Shown: positions 48,194-57,622, counted from the first letter of the stretch. The stretch: DNA of 64,000 bases from Arenicellales bacterium (GCA_965116335.1 OZ220677.1:16834-80833); one strand, 5' to 3'. Numbers and translations: made by a program. Notes: a model not told the origin generated them from the letters alone.

Positions 48194-49519
48194 CTAATAC
48201 CTTGTTCCCGGAATCCAGTCTGTTCCCACCAGTGGAATCCGGGCCATTGCGGCCGCTTCGACCGTCAGGGCCACCATGTCTTCGGGTTCCAGATTGCGGA
48301 CATGGGTTTTTCCAGCGGCCCGGGCCAGGGTCTGAGTCTCCAGGGTCAGCACTCGCAGATAGTTGGCGACACGCCTGCCAGCCAATTCCGGGTCCAGCCG
48401 TTTCCCGAGATCCGGGTCCTGGGTGGAAATGCCGCTGGGGTCCTGGCCGTCCTGATAATCATCATAAAACCCGGCGCTGGTTCCCAGCTCATTGTATTGT
48501 TCTTCAAATTCCGGAGAATTGTCGCCCATTGCAATCAACGCGGCAGTACCGATGGAAACCGCATCCGCGCCAAGCGCGAGCGCCTTCGCGACATCCGCGC
48601 CGGAACGGATACCGCCCGACACGATCAACTGTACCTTGCGATGCATCCCCATGCCCTTGAGCGCGTCCACCGCGATCCGGGTTGCCGGAAGGGTCGGGAT
48701 GCCGACATGTTCAATGAAAACATCCTGGGTAGCGGCTGTACCGCCCTGCATGCCGTCCACTACCACGACATCCGCGCCCGCTTTGACCGCAAGCTGCACA
48801 TCAAAAAAAGTACGGGTAGCGCCAACCTTGATATAAATTGGTGTCTGCCAATCGGTTAGCTCCCTCAACTCCTGCACCTTGATTTCAAGATCATCCGGGC
48901 CTGTCCAGTCGGGATGTCGGCAAGCACTGCGTTGATCAATCCCTTTTGGCAGATTACGCATTTGCGCGACCCGGTCACTGATCTTTTGACCGAGCAGCAT
49001 GCCGCCACCGCCAGGTTTTGCGCCTTGTCCGACCACTATTTCGATGGCGTCCGCCTTCCTCAAATCATTGGGGTTCATGCCATAGCGTGAGGGCAGGTAC
49101 TGATAAACCAGGAGGTCTGAATGGCTCCGTTCTTCTGCTGTCATGCCACCATCTCCTGTGGTGGTGCTGGTGCCCACCGCCGACGCTCCCCGTCCGAGTG
49201 CCTCCTTGGCCTGGGCTGACAGTGCCCCGAAACTCATTCCGGCAATGGTGATCGGGGTGGATATAGTGATCGGTTTTTTGGCGAACCGGGTCCCCAGAGT
49301 TACCGATGTGTCGCATTTCTCCCGGTAGCCTTCCAGTGGATAGCGCGACATGCTGGCGCCCAGGAACAGCAGGTCATCGAAAGACGGCACAGCGCGTTTG
49401 GCGCCAAACCCCCGTATGTCGTAGATGCCCTCTTTTGCGGCCCTCTGGATTTCCCGGATAACCGGGCGGGAGAATGTGGATGATTCCAGCATCCAGGAAT
49501 GATCAATCTTTTTCGTCAT
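48194..49519 (-). CDS. mgsC: FMN-binding glutamate synthase-like subunit (N-methylglutamate synthase, GlxD)
   Basis: YDIRGFGAKR, GMSFGALS, TTGDGG, GQGAKPGGGG, SACRHPDW, DGMQGGTAAT; start MTKKIDH. Confidence 0.88.
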   Translation of the reverse strand: MTKKIDHSWMLESSTFSRPVIREIQRAAKEGIYDIRGFGAKRAVPSFDDLLFLGASMSRYPLEGYREKCDTSVTLGTRFAKKPITISTPITIAGMSFGALSAQAKEALGRGASAVGTSTTTGDGGMTAEERSHSDLLVYQYLPSRYGMNPNDLRKADAIEIVVGQGAKPGGGGMLLGQKISDRVAQMRNLPKGIDQRSACRHPDWTGPDDLEIKVQELRELTDWQTPIYIKVGATRTFFDVQLAVKAGADVVVVDGMQGGTAATQDVFIEHVGIPTLPATRIAVDALKGMGMHRKVQLIVSGGIRSGADVAKALALGADAVSIGTAALIAMGDNSPEFEEQYNELGTSAGFYDDYQDGQDPSGISTQDPDLGKRLDPELAGRRVANYLRVLTLETQTLARAAGKTHVRNLEPEDMVALTVEAAAMARIPLVGTDWIPGTRY

Positions 49520-49562
49520 ATCTGTCTGTCCCGATGATTCTCTTGCTATACAGCAGTCGCGC

Positions 49563-50240
49563 TCAATAGGCGCTGGCGTTGTCAACCGCGAAATTGTAAA
49601 GTCTGCGGGCTGAACCATATCTGCGAAAGTCGTTCGCGCAGTAGTCAAACTGTGCGGCCCGTAACAACCCGGCCACTTCCTCCCTGTGTTCATCGCGCAT
49701 CGGTTTCTCAACGCAATCCGTGCCCAGGCTTGCCACGGTTCCCAATACGTAGAGACGCGCTTCGTATATGGAATCGCCCAGATCATTGCCGACATCGCCG
49801 CAGACCACCAGCCGACCGCTTTGCGCCATGAAAGCGCTCATGTGACCGATAGAGCCACCAATGACAATGTCCGATCCTTTCATGGATATACCGCACCGCG
49901 CGGCGGCATCTCCTTCTACCACCAGCAGTCCGCCATGAGAGGTTGCGCCGCAATACTGCGAGGCGTTTCCCTTGACTCGTACCGAGCCTGACATCATGTT
50001 TTCGGCCAGGCCGGGACCGGCATTGCCGTTGACCACGATATGGGCGGACTGATTCATGCCCGCGCAGTAGTAGCCTACATGGCCCTGGATATCCACCTCC
50101 GTGTTGTACATGGCGCCGGCGGCGACATTGTGTTTGCCGCCGGGATTCAGCGCCACAAACTGTTGTGAAGACGAGGCATCGCTGTGCAGCGCCTGATTTA
50201 ATTCCCGGACACTGTCGCTGGCCAGATCAAAGGTTCTCAT
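49563..50240 (-). CDS. mgsB: GXGXG-domain subunit (N-methylglutamate synthase, GlxC)
   Basis: GHVGYYCAGMN, GNAGPGLAENMMSG, ARCGISMKG; TGATG overlap with the upstream gene. Confidence 0.88.
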   Translation of the reverse strand: MRTFDLASDSVRELNQALHSDASSSQQFVALNPGGKHNVAAGAMYNTEVDIQGHVGYYCAGMNQSAHIVVNGNAGPGLAENMMSGSVRVKGNASQYCGATSHGGLLVVEGDAAARCGISMKGSDIVIGGSIGHMSAFMAQSGRLVVCGDVGNDLGDSIYEARLYVLGTVASLGTDCVEKPMRDEHREEVAGLLRAAQFDYCANDFRRYGSARRLYNFAVDNASAY

Positions 50241-51136
50241 CAGTGTCTCTCCCAACTGTAGATTCTGGCCGGTTCCGGCTCCCAGATTCGAGCGTTCTGG
50301 TTACCCGGCAATTGCGCGATGGCGCGGTACTCCGAAGACATAGCTACCCAGTCATCGGTTTCTGCGATCACAGCCGGTTTGCAGGCGATCGGATCACGCA
50401 ATACCGCAAACCCGTTCCGGGTTCCGATTGCAAAGGTGTAGAAGCCATCCAGATCGACCAACGCCGCTTCCATGGCTTCGTTCAATGTCGCTCCCTGGCT
50501 TAAGCGCCAGGTCAGATAGCCAGCGGCCACCTCACTGTCGTTATCAGTCTGGAAGCGGATGCCTTCGCTCTTCAGGTTCTCCCGGAGCCGGTTGTGATTG
50601 GATAGCGAGCCATTGTGTACCAGACACAGATCAAGCCCGGTATTGAACGGGTGGGAATGTTCGGTTGTAACGATACTTTCCGTCGCCATACGGGTATGGC
50701 CGAGCGCATGAGTCCCACTCATTGAATTGAGGTCGAATTTCTGGATAACCTGATCCGGCAGGCCCTTTTCCTTGAAAATCTCGATTGAGCTTCCGGTGCT
50801 GGTGATTCTCACGCCCTGGAGATTGTCTTCCATCCAGCCGCAAACCGTGTCCCCGTCCCCCCGGATTATGGCAACAGCATGATTGGCGGCCGGGCACAGA
50901 GACGCGGTCGAGTCAATGCCTGAACGGATGGACTCCGCTATCCGGTTCCAGTCGATATCATCGGCGCCCTGAAGCGTTATCTTGACGGAATCATCCGGCA
51001 CGGGATCATGGTAGATCGCGAAACCGGCACTGTCCGGGCCGCGGTCCGTCATCTGCACCAGCATGGCGGAAACCAGGCTCCCCAGATTTTTCTCGAGCTC
51101 CGGCGATTTTGTATACAAACCGACTATTCCACACAT
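50240..51136 (-). CDS. mgsA: Class II glutamine amidotransferase subunit (N-methylglutamate synthase, GlxB)
   Basis: MCGIVG, RGPDSAG, GHTRMATES, HNGSLSN, NDSEVAA, RDPIACKP. Confidence 0.88.
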   Translation of the reverse strand: MCGIVGLYTKSPELEKNLGSLVSAMLVQMTDRGPDSAGFAIYHDPVPDDSVKITLQGADDIDWNRIAESIRSGIDSTASLCPAANHAVAIIRGDGDTVCGWMEDNLQGVRITSTGSSIEIFKEKGLPDQVIQKFDLNSMSGTHALGHTRMATESIVTTEHSHPFNTGLDLCLVHNGSLSNHNRLRENLKSEGIRFQTDNDSEVAAGYLTWRLSQGATLNEAMEAALVDLDGFYTFAIGTRNGFAVLRDPIACKPAVIAETDDWVAMSSEYRAIAQLPGNQNARIWEPEPARIYSWERH

Positions 51137-51371
51137 AAGCAGTTACCCTGTCAGGGGTTGGTTGAAAGGACAGGAAACCCTGGCTTGTGGCCCGTTGGCC
51201 GACAAGTCCGGTCGCCAATAATGACAGGTATTGTCAGTCCAGTAAACAGGTTATGACCGGATCGGCTATAATCCGGTCAACCTCATAACGCGCATTATAT
51301 CAAACCGTGCTGCTGTCGGAAAATATATACACTGCCGTGACAGCGGATTCTATAGAACCGGATAAGAAAGT

Positions 51372-52154
51372 TCACCTGTCACCATTCACCTCATCCGCCA
51401 GCTTGAACAACGAACCGAATTGCGGTAACCGGTCCTGGATTCCGGCGAGGCGCAGGGTATGCCAGGCCATGGCGTGGTTGGAGGACGTGATCGGCAGGCC
51501 AAGACTGCCTTCCAGTTTCCGGCAGGCATCAACCAGTCGTACCGAGGTACAAGAAACAAAAACGGCATCTATATCCGCATGTTTCATGATTTCCCGGATT
51601 CCCGATTCAATGGATTGCGGGGTGATGCGGGAAACATTGGAATCCCGCTCCTCATTGAATGATCCGAATACTGGGACATCCAGCCCGCGCTCGGTCATGT
51701 ATCCGGCCACGATTCGATTTACTGATTCGCAGTAGGGTGTCAGAACCCCGATCCTCTTTACTTTCAGCGCACGAAAAGCCGCGAATGCGGCAGTGATCGG
51801 GGTAGTGTATTCTGCATTCGGTTGCGCTGCGTGGATGTGCTCGAAAACCTTGTCCTCGCCGATTGCCATGCTGGCCGAAGTACAGCCATAAGCGACCACA
51901 TCCAACGGCGTACCCGGAGTCAATAGCCGGGCGCTCTGCGTAATTCGCGGAGCCATGGCACGTAGCGATTCAGGCGTGATTACATCGTCATTGGCAATGC
52001 GGTTGTGGTACAGTGCGACTCCGTCCACCTGATGAAATATCTGCCGCCATTCCTGCTCAATGGTATAGTCCGTGGACAGTACAATCAGCCCGATCTTCGC
52101 GCGTATGGCCAGTCCTTCATCCATCTCGAAAGGCAGGTTTTCGAGCAGTATCAT
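51372..52154 (-). CDS. Maleate isomerase / Asp-Glu racemase family protein (EutA-like)
   Basis: IGLIVLSTDYTIE, AYGCTSAS, VLTPY, FVSCTSV, SSNHAMAWH. Confidence 0.85.
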   Translation of the reverse strand: MILLENLPFEMDEGLAIRAKIGLIVLSTDYTIEQEWRQIFHQVDGVALYHNRIANDDVITPESLRAMAPRITQSARLLTPGTPLDVVAYGCTSASMAIGEDKVFEHIHAAQPNAEYTTPITAAFAAFRALKVKRIGVLTPYCESVNRIVAGYMTERGLDVPVFGSFNEERDSNVSRITPQSIESGIREIMKHADIDAVFVSCTSVRLVDACRKLEGSLGLPITSSNHAMAWHTLRLAGIQDRLPQFGSLFKLADEVNGDR

Positions 52155-52187
52155 GCGGTTCCCGGAATCCCTGTTTGAAGTATCGCA

Positions 52188-52216
52188 AGTATAAAGTGTA
52201 TTTTGGCTTGCTTCAA
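52188..52216 (-). promoter_or_regulatory. sigma70-like promoter, copy A
   Basis: Minus strand TTGAAG, 17 bp, TATACT. Confidence 0.7.
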
Positions 52217-52227
52217 TACGGATGGTT

Positions 52228-52302
52228 GGGGCGTGGGATGGCGATTGTGTCCCCCCATCCAATCCGCAAACGGATTGGATTCCCCCTCAAGGGGGGAATG
52301 AT
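52228..52302. repeat. REP-like element
   Basis: tgtgtccccccatccaatccgcaaacggattggattccccctcaaggggggaatga: the intact form of the element split by IS3 at 6088/7336. Confidence 0.9.
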
Positions 52303-52889
52303 TGGGTGTGTGCGACACGTCTGGCTTGGTGGGCAATGGCCTCCTCGACCAGTTGTTGACCGAACATATCTTGTTGCTCCTGTACAGAACTGGACTTGTT
52401 GACCAGTCTTTGCGTCGCATCCGCGTGTGACTCCAACCTGCCATCGGCATGAATATGTGTGATGTCCATGCCTTGTTCATCAATTGACCGTGCGACCAGA
52501 AGAGTTCTGTGGCAATCGACAGGTTCTTTCTCTGAACACATCAATACAATACGATGCTCCACCGCGCCGCGCATTACCCTCTCAATACCTTCGCGGAAAT
52601 GATCTGTTTGTGCGAGGCGTTGGTAGCTAATGCGCCCGTCTTCTTCATAGTAGTCGGGGTCGTCTGACCGACCACCGAGTTCGCGACCGAGGTATACGTA
52701 CCGGATTTGCCGCACCTTGAGAGCTGCAATGAGAGGCTCTCGATTAAAATGGGGAGTGAATTGGCTGTAGGGTGCCGAGCGTACATCCGCCAGCACCGTG
52801 ATATGGTGCTGTATCAATAACTCCATGAAAGCATCCAGTGAATGATTGGAATGACCGATTGTAAAGATGGTGTTATATTGCAACCTCAT
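52287..52889 (-). CDS. DUF488 domain-containing protein
   Basis: IFTIGHSNHS...LADVRSAPYS...YVYLGRELGGR...LMCSEKEPVDCHR. Confidence 0.88.
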   Translation of the reverse strand: MRLQYNTIFTIGHSNHSLDAFMELLIQHHITVLADVRSAPYSQFTPHFNREPLIAALKVRQIRYVYLGRELGGRSDDPDYYEEDGRISYQRLAQTDHFREGIERVMRGAVEHRIVLMCSEKEPVDCHRTLLVARSIDEQGMDITHIHADGRLESHADATQRLVNKSSSVQEQQDMFGQQLVEEAIAHQARRVAHTQSFPP

Positions 52890-52922
52890 TCGTATGCCAG
52901 AACTCTTATTTGAAGTGTTGCA

Positions 52923-52951
52923 AGTATAAAGTGCATGTCGATTTACTTCAA
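52923..52951 (-). promoter_or_regulatory. sigma70-like promoter, copy B
   Basis: Minus strand TTGAAG, 17 bp, TATACT; same distance to the ATG as copy A. Confidence 0.7.
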
Positions 52952-53078
52952 TGATGGCTCGTCCAAGCTGGGAATTCTGGTGGTGGTGGACAACTCTGCA
53001 AACGGAAATCCAGGTTGACCTTGCGAAGCAAACCGGCCAGAATAGGAACACCAAGAAAGAACAGACAGGCACCGAACC

Positions 53079-53351
53079 ATGACAACCGTAGCGATAGACA
53101 CACTGGCCGCAATGCGGAAGCTGGAAAAGGCCGGATTCAAGACCGAGCAGGCCGAAGCAGTGGCCGAGGTTATGGCGAACCAGTCCAGCGAACTGGCGAC
53201 AAAGGCGGACATTGCCGGAGTCCGGGGGGAAATTGCCGGGTTGCGGTGGACATTTGGGGTTGTCGCCGGGTTTCTGTTTACTTTGAACCTTGCTGTATTA
53301 GGATTTGTATTTGTAATCTGGCGCGATGTAACCACCTTGACGGCGGGTTAA
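53079..53351 (+). CDS. Small coiled-coil protein with C-terminal TM helix (DUF1640/CCDC90-like), copy 1
   Basis: IDTLAAMRKLEKAGFKTEQAEAV...LATKADI...LRW followed by a hydrophobic tail. Confidence 0.75.
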   Translation: MTTVAIDTLAAMRKLEKAGFKTEQAEAVAEVMANQSSELATKADIAGVRGEIAGLRWTFGVVAGFLFTLNLAVLGFVFVIWRDVTTLTAG

Positions 53352-53454
53352 TCGACCGGAGCACTGCATTCTTTCCTGAGTAACTGTTTGAATATTCCGT
53401 ATATATTTGGTATACAATGGATACACAAACAATTCTTTTCTTTGAGGTACTGTT

Positions 53455-54090
53455 ATGAAATTTATTCTTGGCGCTCTGGGCGCCGCTTTATTCTTGCTGG
53501 TCACCCCCCCCCCCCCCCCCGCACAAGCTGACAGTGTTCAAATGCAATGCCCGTCCAGCGTCAAGGAGGGCGGACTGGTCGCCCATGCGGCTTTTGATTG
53601 CCCGGTAGATGGTTTACCGTTAGGAAAACAGTATTGCGAGTATCGGGACGGGCCGGCCCAGGATGATTGGGCTGATTTTGATGCGACGCCAACAGGTATA
53701 CGGGCAAGACCGCGGGCCTATATCACGATTAACGCCACTACTGGCGGACAATGGGTGGTTGTTGAGCAAGGTGTGGCACTAATGGTTGAGTCCCTTGGCG
53801 GTACTGTGGGCTTACAACGCTACAGTGTACAGGCGGGCAAAACGAGAAAAATAGAAATACTAGTTTATGGAAGGGGAAATTATCGCAAGAACGGCAACAC
53901 GACCGGGGATATTGTGGTACTTCCTCCCGGAAGTAGTGATTTTAATGATGCAATAGCATCTTGTACGGTTACGGTACAGGATGATGATAATACAGCTTAT
54001 GTTGGATCACGATACTATCATCCTTATGGTGAAGTCTGGCAATCAATGCCACATTGTTATGATGAAGTGGGTTGCGCGTCCAAGCAGTAA
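53455..54090 (+). CDS. Secreted Cys-containing protein of unknown function, copy 1 (in frame)
   Basis: Signal peptide MKFILGALGAALFLLVT-PPPPP-AQA; six Cys; SCTVTVQDDD recalls a Calx-beta/Ig-like terminal strand; C17 tract at 53504-53520 is in frame. Confidence 0.75.
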   Translation: MKFILGALGAALFLLVTPPPPPAQADSVQMQCPSSVKEGGLVAHAAFDCPVDGLPLGKQYCEYRDGPAQDDWADFDATPTGIRARPRAYITINATTGGQWVVVEQGVALMVESLGGTVGLQRYSVQAGKTRKIEILVYGRGNYRKNGNTTGDIVVLPPGSSDFNDAIASCTVTVQDDDNTAYVGSRYYHPYGEVWQSMPHCYDEVGCASKQ

Positions 54091-54129
54091 GGGGAAGCAA
54101 GCCGGGACACAATATGGATGATGTGCTTA

Positions 54130-54480
54130 CCCATGCGTAGGGGCGACCCTCTGTGGTCGCCCGCTATCGTGGATACCTGTTCCGTCGGTTGCGGGAGGGT
54201 ACAAGACCCTCCCCTACGATGATGTTAAGCGCGGCATCCATAATGGTTGTGGATTCCCGCCTGCGCGGGAATGACGGCTGAGTCGTGCGATGACGGTTTG
54301 TGTCCCCCCATCCAATCCGCAAGCGGATTGGATTCCCCGGTCTGCGGGGTGAATGATGTTGGTGCATGGGGTGAAATGATGTTGTAGGGGAGGGTCTTGT
54401 ACCCTCCCGCGAAGATCGGAATACTACGCATCAAACGATACTGGGCGGGCACGAGAACCGCCCCTATGATGTCGGTGGTG
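54130..54480. repeat. REP-like mosaic between the duplicated units
   Basis: gcgggagggtacaagaccctcccctacg, ggattcccgcctgcgcgggaatgacg, ccatccaatccgcaagcggattggatt. Confidence 0.88.
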
Positions 54481-54593
54481 CGGTGATGATGGCTCGTCTG
54501 GGCTGGGAATCCACAAACGGAAATCCAGGTTGACCTTGCGAAGCAAACCGGCCAGAATAGGAACACCAAGAAAGAACAGACAGGCACCGAACC

Positions 54594-54857
54594 ATGACAA
54601 CCGTAGCGATAGACACACTGGCCGCAATGCGGAAGCTGGAAAAGGCCGGATTCAAGACCGAGCAGGCCGAAGCAGTGGCCGAGGTTATGGCGAACCAGTC
54701 CAGCGAACTGGCGACAAAGGCGGACATTGCCGGAGTCCGGGGGGAAATTGCCGGGTTGCGGTGGATGTTCGGGTTGCACTTTGCTTTTACGCTGGTCATG
54801 TTGGGCTTTTTGTTCGCTATCTGGCGCGATGTAACCACCTTGACGGCGGGTGGTTGA
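54594..54857 (+). CDS. Small coiled-coil/TM protein, copy 2
   Basis: Identical to copy 1 through LRW; different TM tail (MFGLHFAFTLVMLGFLFAIWRD). Confidence 0.75.
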   Translation: MTTVAIDTLAAMRKLEKAGFKTEQAEAVAEVMANQSSELATKADIAGVRGEIAGLRWMFGLHFAFTLVMLGFLFAIWRDVTTLTAGG

Positions 54858-54919
54858 ATATTCCGTATGTATTGGCATATACTGGATGCACAAACAATTC
54901 TTTTCTTTGAGGTACTGTT

Positions 54920-55539
54920 ATGAAATTTATTCTTGGCGCTCTGGGCGCCGCTTTATTCTTGCTGGTCACCCCCCCCCCCCCGCACAAGCTAACAGTGTTC
55001 AAATGCAATGCCCGGCCAGTGTCAAGGAAGGCGGATTAGTCGCCCATGCGGCTTTTGACTGCGCGCCGAATGGATGGGAGTATTGCGAGTATCGGGACGA
55101 GCCGGGCGCAGATAACTGGACGGAGTTTCATGCGATAGAAGAGATACGGCAAAGACCGCGAGCCTATATCACGATTAGCGCCACTACTGGCGGAATATGG
55201 TTTGTTGGAACGATAGGCCCTGAAATCCTTATTGAGTCCCTTAGCGGTGGTACGGGCCTCATACGCTATACTGTAAAGGCGGGCGAAACGAGAAAAATAG
55301 AAGTAAAAGTTTTTGGAAGGGGAAATTATCGCAAGGAAGGCGACACGACCGGGCGCATTGTGGTAGCTCCTCCCGGAAGTACTGACGTGAATAATGATGC
55401 AATAGCCTCTTGTACGGTTACGGTACAGGATGATGATAATACAGCTTATGTTGGATCACGATACTATCATCCTTATGGTGGAGTCTGGCAGAAAACGCCA
55501 CATTGTTATGATGAAGTGGGTTGCGCGTCCAGGCAGTAA
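54920..55539 (+). pseudogene. Secreted protein copy 2, out of frame at a C13 tract (candidate phase-OFF allele)
   Basis: Same ATG and leader as copy 1 at 54920; C13 (54969-54981) shifts the frame to a TAG after ~39 codons, while the mature paralog stays open in another frame to 55539. Confidence 0.8.
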
Positions 55540-55564
55540 AGCAGACTAACCGGAATACCATCTG

Positions 55565-55830
55565 GATGATGTGCTTACCCATGCGTAGAGCCTGCCCCCG
55601 GCTTGATCGGGGGGGTGCCCTCTGTGGTCGCCCGCTATCGTGGATACCTGTTCCGGCGGTTGCGGGAGGGCACAGAGACCCTCCCCTACGATGATGTTAA
55701 GCGCGGCATCCATACATGGTTGTGGATTCCCGCCTGCGCGGGAATGACGGCTGAGTCGTGCGATGACGATTTGTGTCCCCCCATCCAATCCGAAAGCGGA
55801 TTGGATTCCCCCTCAAGGGGGGAATGATGC
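55565..55830. repeat. REP-like mosaic
   Basis: Parallels 54115-54330 (gtggtcgcccgctatcgtggatacctgttcc..., ggattcccgcctgcgcgggaatgacg, ccccctcaagggggg). Confidence 0.88.
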
Positions 55831-56280
55831 GGTGAGTTGATATGTGTTCCATCGGTTGTGGGACGGAACTGGAAAAGACCGGGTTCAACATTGAGCAAGC
55901 CAAAGCCGTAACAAAGTTGGGATAGTACTTGCCCGTGTTTTTGATGTGACTTAATAGCGCGTTTCCAGCCAAGTGATAACTTTCGGCACCAGGAAGTTCT
56001 TTCATTATCTTTCTCAGGTACTCGTTAATCACCAGTTTCCGCCAGTTTGATGATCCCGTCCCGGAAAACCTGGAAGCTCTTTGATCGATTGGATTCCGGG
56101 TCCAGATGGCGGGCGATCTTACCAGCCCATTCGGATTTCATGCGTCCGATGTGTGGATAGCCTGTTTTCCCCAGCCTTTGTGCCCCGCCTGGATAAATGG
56201 CATCGGCCAGTGTTTCCCATGTTCCACAGATGCTGTCCGGTATATAGTTGTTCAGTATTTGTTCGCGAGCACCAGGGTAA

Positions 56281-57472
56281 GGAAAGTCTGATCAATACAG
56301 GTTTTGTGATGGATTTTTTATAGATTCGGGATTTCATCAGACAGGAAGGACGAAATGGACTGAAATCAGCACCCCGGAGCGGGGAAATGCAGGGATTTTC
56401 TCTTTATTTCCCTATTTCAGGCGCACGTAGCCTGCGGTTTCAATCTTCCTGGTTTCAATAGCACTTTCTTCGCCATCACCAGATTGCTCAAGGCACAAGC
56501 CACCACCAGTCGATGCGTGTTCTTCTCCAAACCCCGATAACGCACTTTGGTAAAACCAAACCGTCGCTTGATGATGCCAAATGAATGTTCTACCTTCGAC
56601 CGTACCCGGGACTTGGTGCGATTCATTGCGCGTTCCTTCTCCGTCAACTTTCGATTACGCGCCCCCTTCGCCTGGGTAAAGTCCTTCGCATCCGGCGCCA
56701 CCCTTGCAATCACCGCCTTCTGACCCGTATACGCCGAATCTCCCCATACACGAGTCTCTTTCCCATGCAAAAGAACAGGCAGAACCTGTGAATCATGAAC
56801 ATTCGCTGGCGTAGCCGCTACCGAGTGAATCAACTTGCTGTGACTGTCTACACCAATATGGGCCTTCATGCCAAAGTGCCATTGGTTGCCCTTGCGCGTG
56901 GAGTGCATCTGTGGGTCTCGTGCTTTCTCCCGGTTCTTGGTCGAACTCGGCGCCTCGATAATACTGGCGTCTACAATCGTGCCTCGCTTCACTGCCAGTC
57001 CGTTCTCGCCCAAATACTCATTGACCAGAACAAACAACCGCCTCCCCAGATTGTGCTTCTCCATCAAATGACGAAACTTGCAAATCGTGGTCTCATCCGG
57101 CGCAGGTTCCCGACCCAGATCAATACCCGCAAAACAGCGCATACAACGAGAATCATATAACGCTTCTTCAACCGCCGGATCCGAAAGATTGAACCAGTGT
57201 TGCAAAAAGTGAATACGCAACATCCGATCTATTCCAATCGGCCTGCGCCCCGCTCCTTTGGGCTGCGGATAAAAGGGTTCAATCACTGCACACAAATCCG
57301 ACCACGGAATCACTTCCTCCATCTCTTCCAGAAAACGCTCCTTGCGTGTCCTCTTACTGTATTTATCAAACCCAATCTCAGAAAATGTGCTCTGGCGCAT
57401 CATGAAATATCTCCAGCCATAAAAAATGAAAAAAATCATTATACAATAGAGGATCAATTAATCAGAGATTCC
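56281..57472 (-). mobile_element. IS5-family insertion sequence (1192 bp)
   Basis: IRs GGAAAGTCTGATCAAT / GGAATCTCTGATTAAT; 4-bp TSD GTAA (56277-56280 and 57473-57476). Confidence 0.95.
56417..57403 (-). CDS. IS5 transposase
   Basis: RKERFLEEME..IPW, MLRIHFLQHWFNLSDP, PDETTI, VDASII, FGMKAHIGVD, GDSAY, RSKVEHSF. Confidence 0.95.
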   Translation of the reverse strand: MMRQSTFSEIGFDKYSKRTRKERFLEEMEEVIPWSDLCAVIEPFYPQPKGAGRRPIGIDRMLRIHFLQHWFNLSDPAVEEALYDSRCMRCFAGIDLGREPAPDETTICKFRHLMEKHNLGRRLFVLVNEYLGENGLAVKRGTIVDASIIEAPSSTKNREKARDPQMHSTRKGNQWHFGMKAHIGVDSHSKLIHSVAATPANVHDSQVLPVLLHGKETRVWGDSAYTGQKAVIARVAPDAKDFTQAKGARNRKLTEKERAMNRTKSRVRSKVEHSFGIIKRRFGFTKVRYRGLEKNTHRLVVACALSNLVMAKKVLLKPGRLKPQATCA

Positions 57473-57622
57473 GTAAGCCATTTTTATAGCATTTGGGTCG
57501 CCCAGGAGCCAGGCTTCAATTTCTTCTATCGCTATTCTGAAAAGTGTGGTCGGTTTCGGGTCACAGTTATCCAGAATGATTCCCCCTGATTGGTCTTCGA
57601 CAAGTATCTCAAAGTGCACGAT

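Larger units (their letters stand above)
52951..55830 (+). repeat. ~1.5-kb tandem duplication (about 52951-54330 and 54486-55810)
   Basis: Both units carry caaacggaaatccaggttgaccttgcg..., a small coiled-coil/TM gene, a secreted-protein gene with poly-C and a trailing REP mosaic. Confidence 0.93.
56025..57619 (-). pseudogene. DUF4276-like protein disrupted by IS5 and apparently internally deleted
   Basis: 5' part VHFEILVEDQSGG...FRIAIEEIEAWLLGDPNAIKMAY joins, after removing the IS and one GTAA, to PGAREQIL...DSICGTWETLADAIYPGG...KSEWAGKIA...SKSFQVF...ETGD*. Confidence 0.82.

Noticed and set aside
54850-54919. ORF-track N-terminus MVEYSVCIG... for secreted copy 2
   Set aside because: The true start is ATG 54920, by identity with copy 1; the upstream extension is an artefact of the poly-C shift.
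55697-56032. 111-aa ORF downstream of the DUF4276 remnant
   Set aside because: The C-terminal third is REP-derived and no motif is recognisable; it may be a remnant but cannot be supported.
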